Shown in pieces: positions 61,739 through 64,000 of a stretch of 64,000 bases of DNA. This stretch comes from Limnothrix sp. BL-A-16 (GTDB lineage Bacteria > Cyanobacteriota > Cyanobacteriia > CACIAM-69d): assembly GCA_041937175.2 (NCBI GenBank), contig CP166615.1, positions 1,408,001 through 1,472,000 on the forward strand. Reading direction: 5' to 3'. The position numbers were made by a program, and so were the translations under genes. Under the pieces are notes generated by a model. The model saw only the letters and a list, made by a program, of their open reading frames with translations, was not told the DNA's origin and searched no databases. The first letter of the stretch is position 1, and the number at the start of each line of letters is the position of its first letter.

Positions 61739-63121
61739 CTAGCCTTTGGGTTGCTGTAGCCATTCCGTGACCAACGTGGCGAGTTTTTCGGCGGCTCCCG
61801 GTTCTCCCCGCACGGCCCGCAACCGATCGCCCATGGCCTGGAGCTGAGCGGGGTTGGCCAACAGGGCGATCGCTTGGTCAGCTACCAAAGTTGGCGTGAG
61901 CGGCCCCACCAGTTCCGGTACGATCGCTTCCCCAGCCCACAGGTTCGGCCAAGCCAACATCCCCAACCGACGCAGGGCCAAGCCATTAATCAACTTGGCA
62001 AAGAGGCCGCCCAAACCCGGCAGGTTTGCCAACAGCCCCGGAATGCCATTCCAGGCCCGCATGGCATCTAACTGCTGAGTAGGCAACAACACCAGCATGG
62101 GGCGAGCCAATGCGCCTAATTCGGCTGTATTTGCGCCGACGGTGGTGAGGCAGAGGTCACAGGTGCTGAGTAAGTCCCAGGCGGGCGATCGCTCCCAAAG
62201 CCAAATTTTTGTGCCCGCCGGGGTTTCCAGGTAAGGCAAGTTCTGGAGCGATCGGGGATCGGCCGGGGCGATCGATTCAGGCATTACCAGACGGGCTGTT
62301 GTGCCTGAAACCCAATCAATCACAGGATTGTGGGCGCGATCGGCATAGCGAGCCAAGGTGGACAGGTCGATCGTGGGAGCCACGGGAATCACAAATTCCG
62401 TTTGGGGCCGATCGGCTCGAATTTGATCGGCCGTGCCCAGCAATAACGGCACGCCTTGGGTGAGTTTGGCACTTTTGGAGCCGGGCAGCAGGGCTAGCCG
62501 TTCCCGATCGCCCTGCGGTGAATGGGTTAAACGGCCGGCCTCCAGCATCAGATCGCCTACCACGGCGACTTTGTGGGTGGCCCAGGAGGGAACTTGGGTG
62601 GCCAACCGGGGCAACCGCACCCCCACCCGATCGACCCAACGAAGCCAGCGTAAATCCCATTCCGCATAGATCACACTGCCATAGCCCAGGCGGCGGGCGA
62701 TCGCCACGGCAAAGAACTGATCGCCGCCCAAAAACAACACCACACCTCGATCGCGCCAGTCCCACCCTTCCGCCGTTCGTCCCCAAAGCAAAAAGGGCCA
62801 AAAGGCCGCAGCCCCTTGCACCCGATCGACTTCTGGAAATGATTGCACCACGGCCGCTTCCTGACCCGTTGCATTGGGACAGGGGGCCAAAACCACGGAA
62901 ATTCGCAGGTGCGATCGATCCGCTCCCCACTGCTGCCGCAAGGCCTGCACCACCGGGCGCACCCAGGTGGTGACCTCTCCGGGGCCGTTAGACAAAATCA
63001 AGAGATCCAGCGGCTCGGCAACAGTTGACATCATCTCAGGGGCGATCGGGCGGGAAGTCGGCATGATTGGTGCAGCCCAATGGGGTGCAGATCCAGCAGG
63101 GTGATGAACAGGATCGGCCAA
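61739..63121 (-). CDS. lpxB: Lipid-A-disaccharide synthase, cyanobacterial type (start uncertain)
   Basis: ILSNGPGE..TWVRP, FLGGDQ, LLPGSK, TTVGANTAEL, AWPN....IVPEL. Confidence 0.8.
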   Translation of the reverse strand: MADPVHHPAGSAPHWAAPIMPTSRPIAPEMMSTVAEPLDLLILSNGPGEVTTWVRPVVQALRQQWGADRSHLRISVVLAPCPNATGQEAAVVQSFPEVDRVQGAAAFWPFLLWGRTAEGWDWRDRGVVLFLGGDQFFAVAIARRLGYGSVIYAEWDLRWLRWVDRVGVRLPRLATQVPSWATHKVAVVGDLMLEAGRLTHSPQGDRERLALLPGSKSAKLTQGVPLLLGTADQIRADRPQTEFVIPVAPTIDLSTLARYADRAHNPVIDWVSGTTARLVMPESIAPADPRSLQNLPYLETPAGTKIWLWERSPAWDLLSTCDLCLTTVGANTAELGALARPMLVLLPTQQLDAMRAWNGIPGLLANLPGLGGLFAKLINGLALRRLGMLAWPNLWAGEAIVPELVGPLTPTLVADQAIALLANPAQLQAMGDRLRAVRGEPGAAEKLATLVTEWLQQPKG

Positions 63122-63217
63122 TGGGCTAGTGAATGGGTTGCATCAGCTAGCCGATTGTCTCAGACGGTCGATCTTCCTTGCTACCCAACTTCTCCGCCCC
63201 GATCGCCAGAATGGGGC

Positions 63218-64000
63218 TTAAAGGCAATTCAGCACATTCAGTTGATCCGTGGGCCGGTTGAGCGATCGCACGGGAATCCATCCCTGAACCGGCTGGTTAA
63301 TTTGCATCCACACAGCCCCTCCGGCCGTCGTGGACTCCCGATTTAACAACTGCACTTCACTCCCGGCCGCCACACCACCTCGCCGGGGGCTGGTCAGATC
63401 GGGGTTGGCATGAACCGATAGGCCTTCGCCATAGACCACTCGACGGCACAATTCCGGTTTGATTGGATTTTGGGGATTTTGGGCCGTGGTGCAAGGACGC
63501 AAGAAGGCCGCCGCCGCCCAGCCTTCGACCGTGCGCGAGCCGCTGCCCGTGATCACTGTTGCCCGCACAGGAACCCAGCCATTGCGGGCGCTGCCCGTGA
63601 CTTCCAGGGTGCGACCCTTGGCGATCGTGCCCAAAATGGGTGCGTCGTCATCGGCCCGGCTGCGAATATTCAAGGGGCGATCGCTCGTGGCCACCACTCG
63701 GCAGGTGCGGGGCGGCGTGGCCACTGCACAGGGCCGCAGAAAACTGCTGGCCACCCAACCTTCCACCGTGCGTGAGCCGTTGGCGGTAGGTACGGTGGCG
63801 CGAACTTGTACCCAACCATTTTGAGGGCCGCCAATCACGTCCAGGGTGCGACCCTTGGCGATCGTGCCCACAATGGAGGCGTTACTGTCGGCGCGACTGC
63901 GAATATTTAAGGGCGAGCCGTTGGTGGTGACCATGCGGCAGTTGGCTTCAGCGGCCGCAGCCGGTTGGGCCGTTGCCCCCATTGCCAACCCACCGGCCAC
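63218..64000 (-). CDS. Secreted protein with three bacterial SH3-like domains (5' end outside the window)
   Basis: Two near-identical repeats LNIRSRAD..A.I.GTIAKGRTL...GWV.VR...EGW plus a third divergent one; signal-peptide tail. Confidence 0.85.
   Translation of the reverse strand: MAGGLAMGATAQPAAAAEANCRMVTTNGSPLNIRSRADSNASIVGTIAKGRTLDVIGGPQNGWVQVRATVPTANGSRTVEGWVASSFLRPCAVATPPRTCRVVATSDRPLNIRSRADDDAPILGTIAKGRTLEVTGSARNGWVPVRATVITGSGSRTVEGWAAAAFLRPCTTAQNPQNPIKPELCRRVVYGEGLSVHANPDLTSPRRGGVAAGSEVQLLNRESTTAGGAVWMQINQPVQGWIPVRSLNRPTDQLNVLNCL

Noticed and set aside
1..64000. Abundant GCGATCGC repeats as a novel element
   Set aside because: This is the well-known cyanobacterial HIP1 octamer

Overview
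Cyanobacterial chromosomal DNA, judged from very frequent HIP1 octamers (GCGATCGC) and cyanobacterial-type lysC, ycf39, xisH/xisI, Uma2 and DUF1400 genes. Housekeeping genes are proS, rfbB, an HldE-type kinase, 5-oxoprolinase, lysC, argJ, trpC, pstSCAB, dnaK, trmD, ycf39, NAD kinase and lpxB. The standout is at 1.1-7.4 kb. A cobalamin riboswitch heads a co-oriented cluster of metE, a hypothetical gene, a minimal ~459-aa ribonucleotide reductase alpha subunit of the cyanopodophage-type 'class Ø / Cyano SP' group, a 239-aa ferritin-like beta subunit lacking the canonical radical tyrosine, and a second, paralogous hypothetical gene. This looks like a B12-starvation backup operon replacing both B12-dependent enzymes (MetH and NrdJ). 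Other notable items: a tandemly duplicated XRE-regulator/target module whose recognition helices and 18-bp operators have co-diverged; a family of ~130-bp MITEs carrying a 20-bp palindrome that also sits in frame inside two proteins; GTAG-type REP doublets; a ~180-bp mini-IS200/IS605 element retaining a TnpB omega-RNA-like end; and an uncalled 35-aa hydrophobic ORF. All family calls come from motif recognition by eye; no searches were run.
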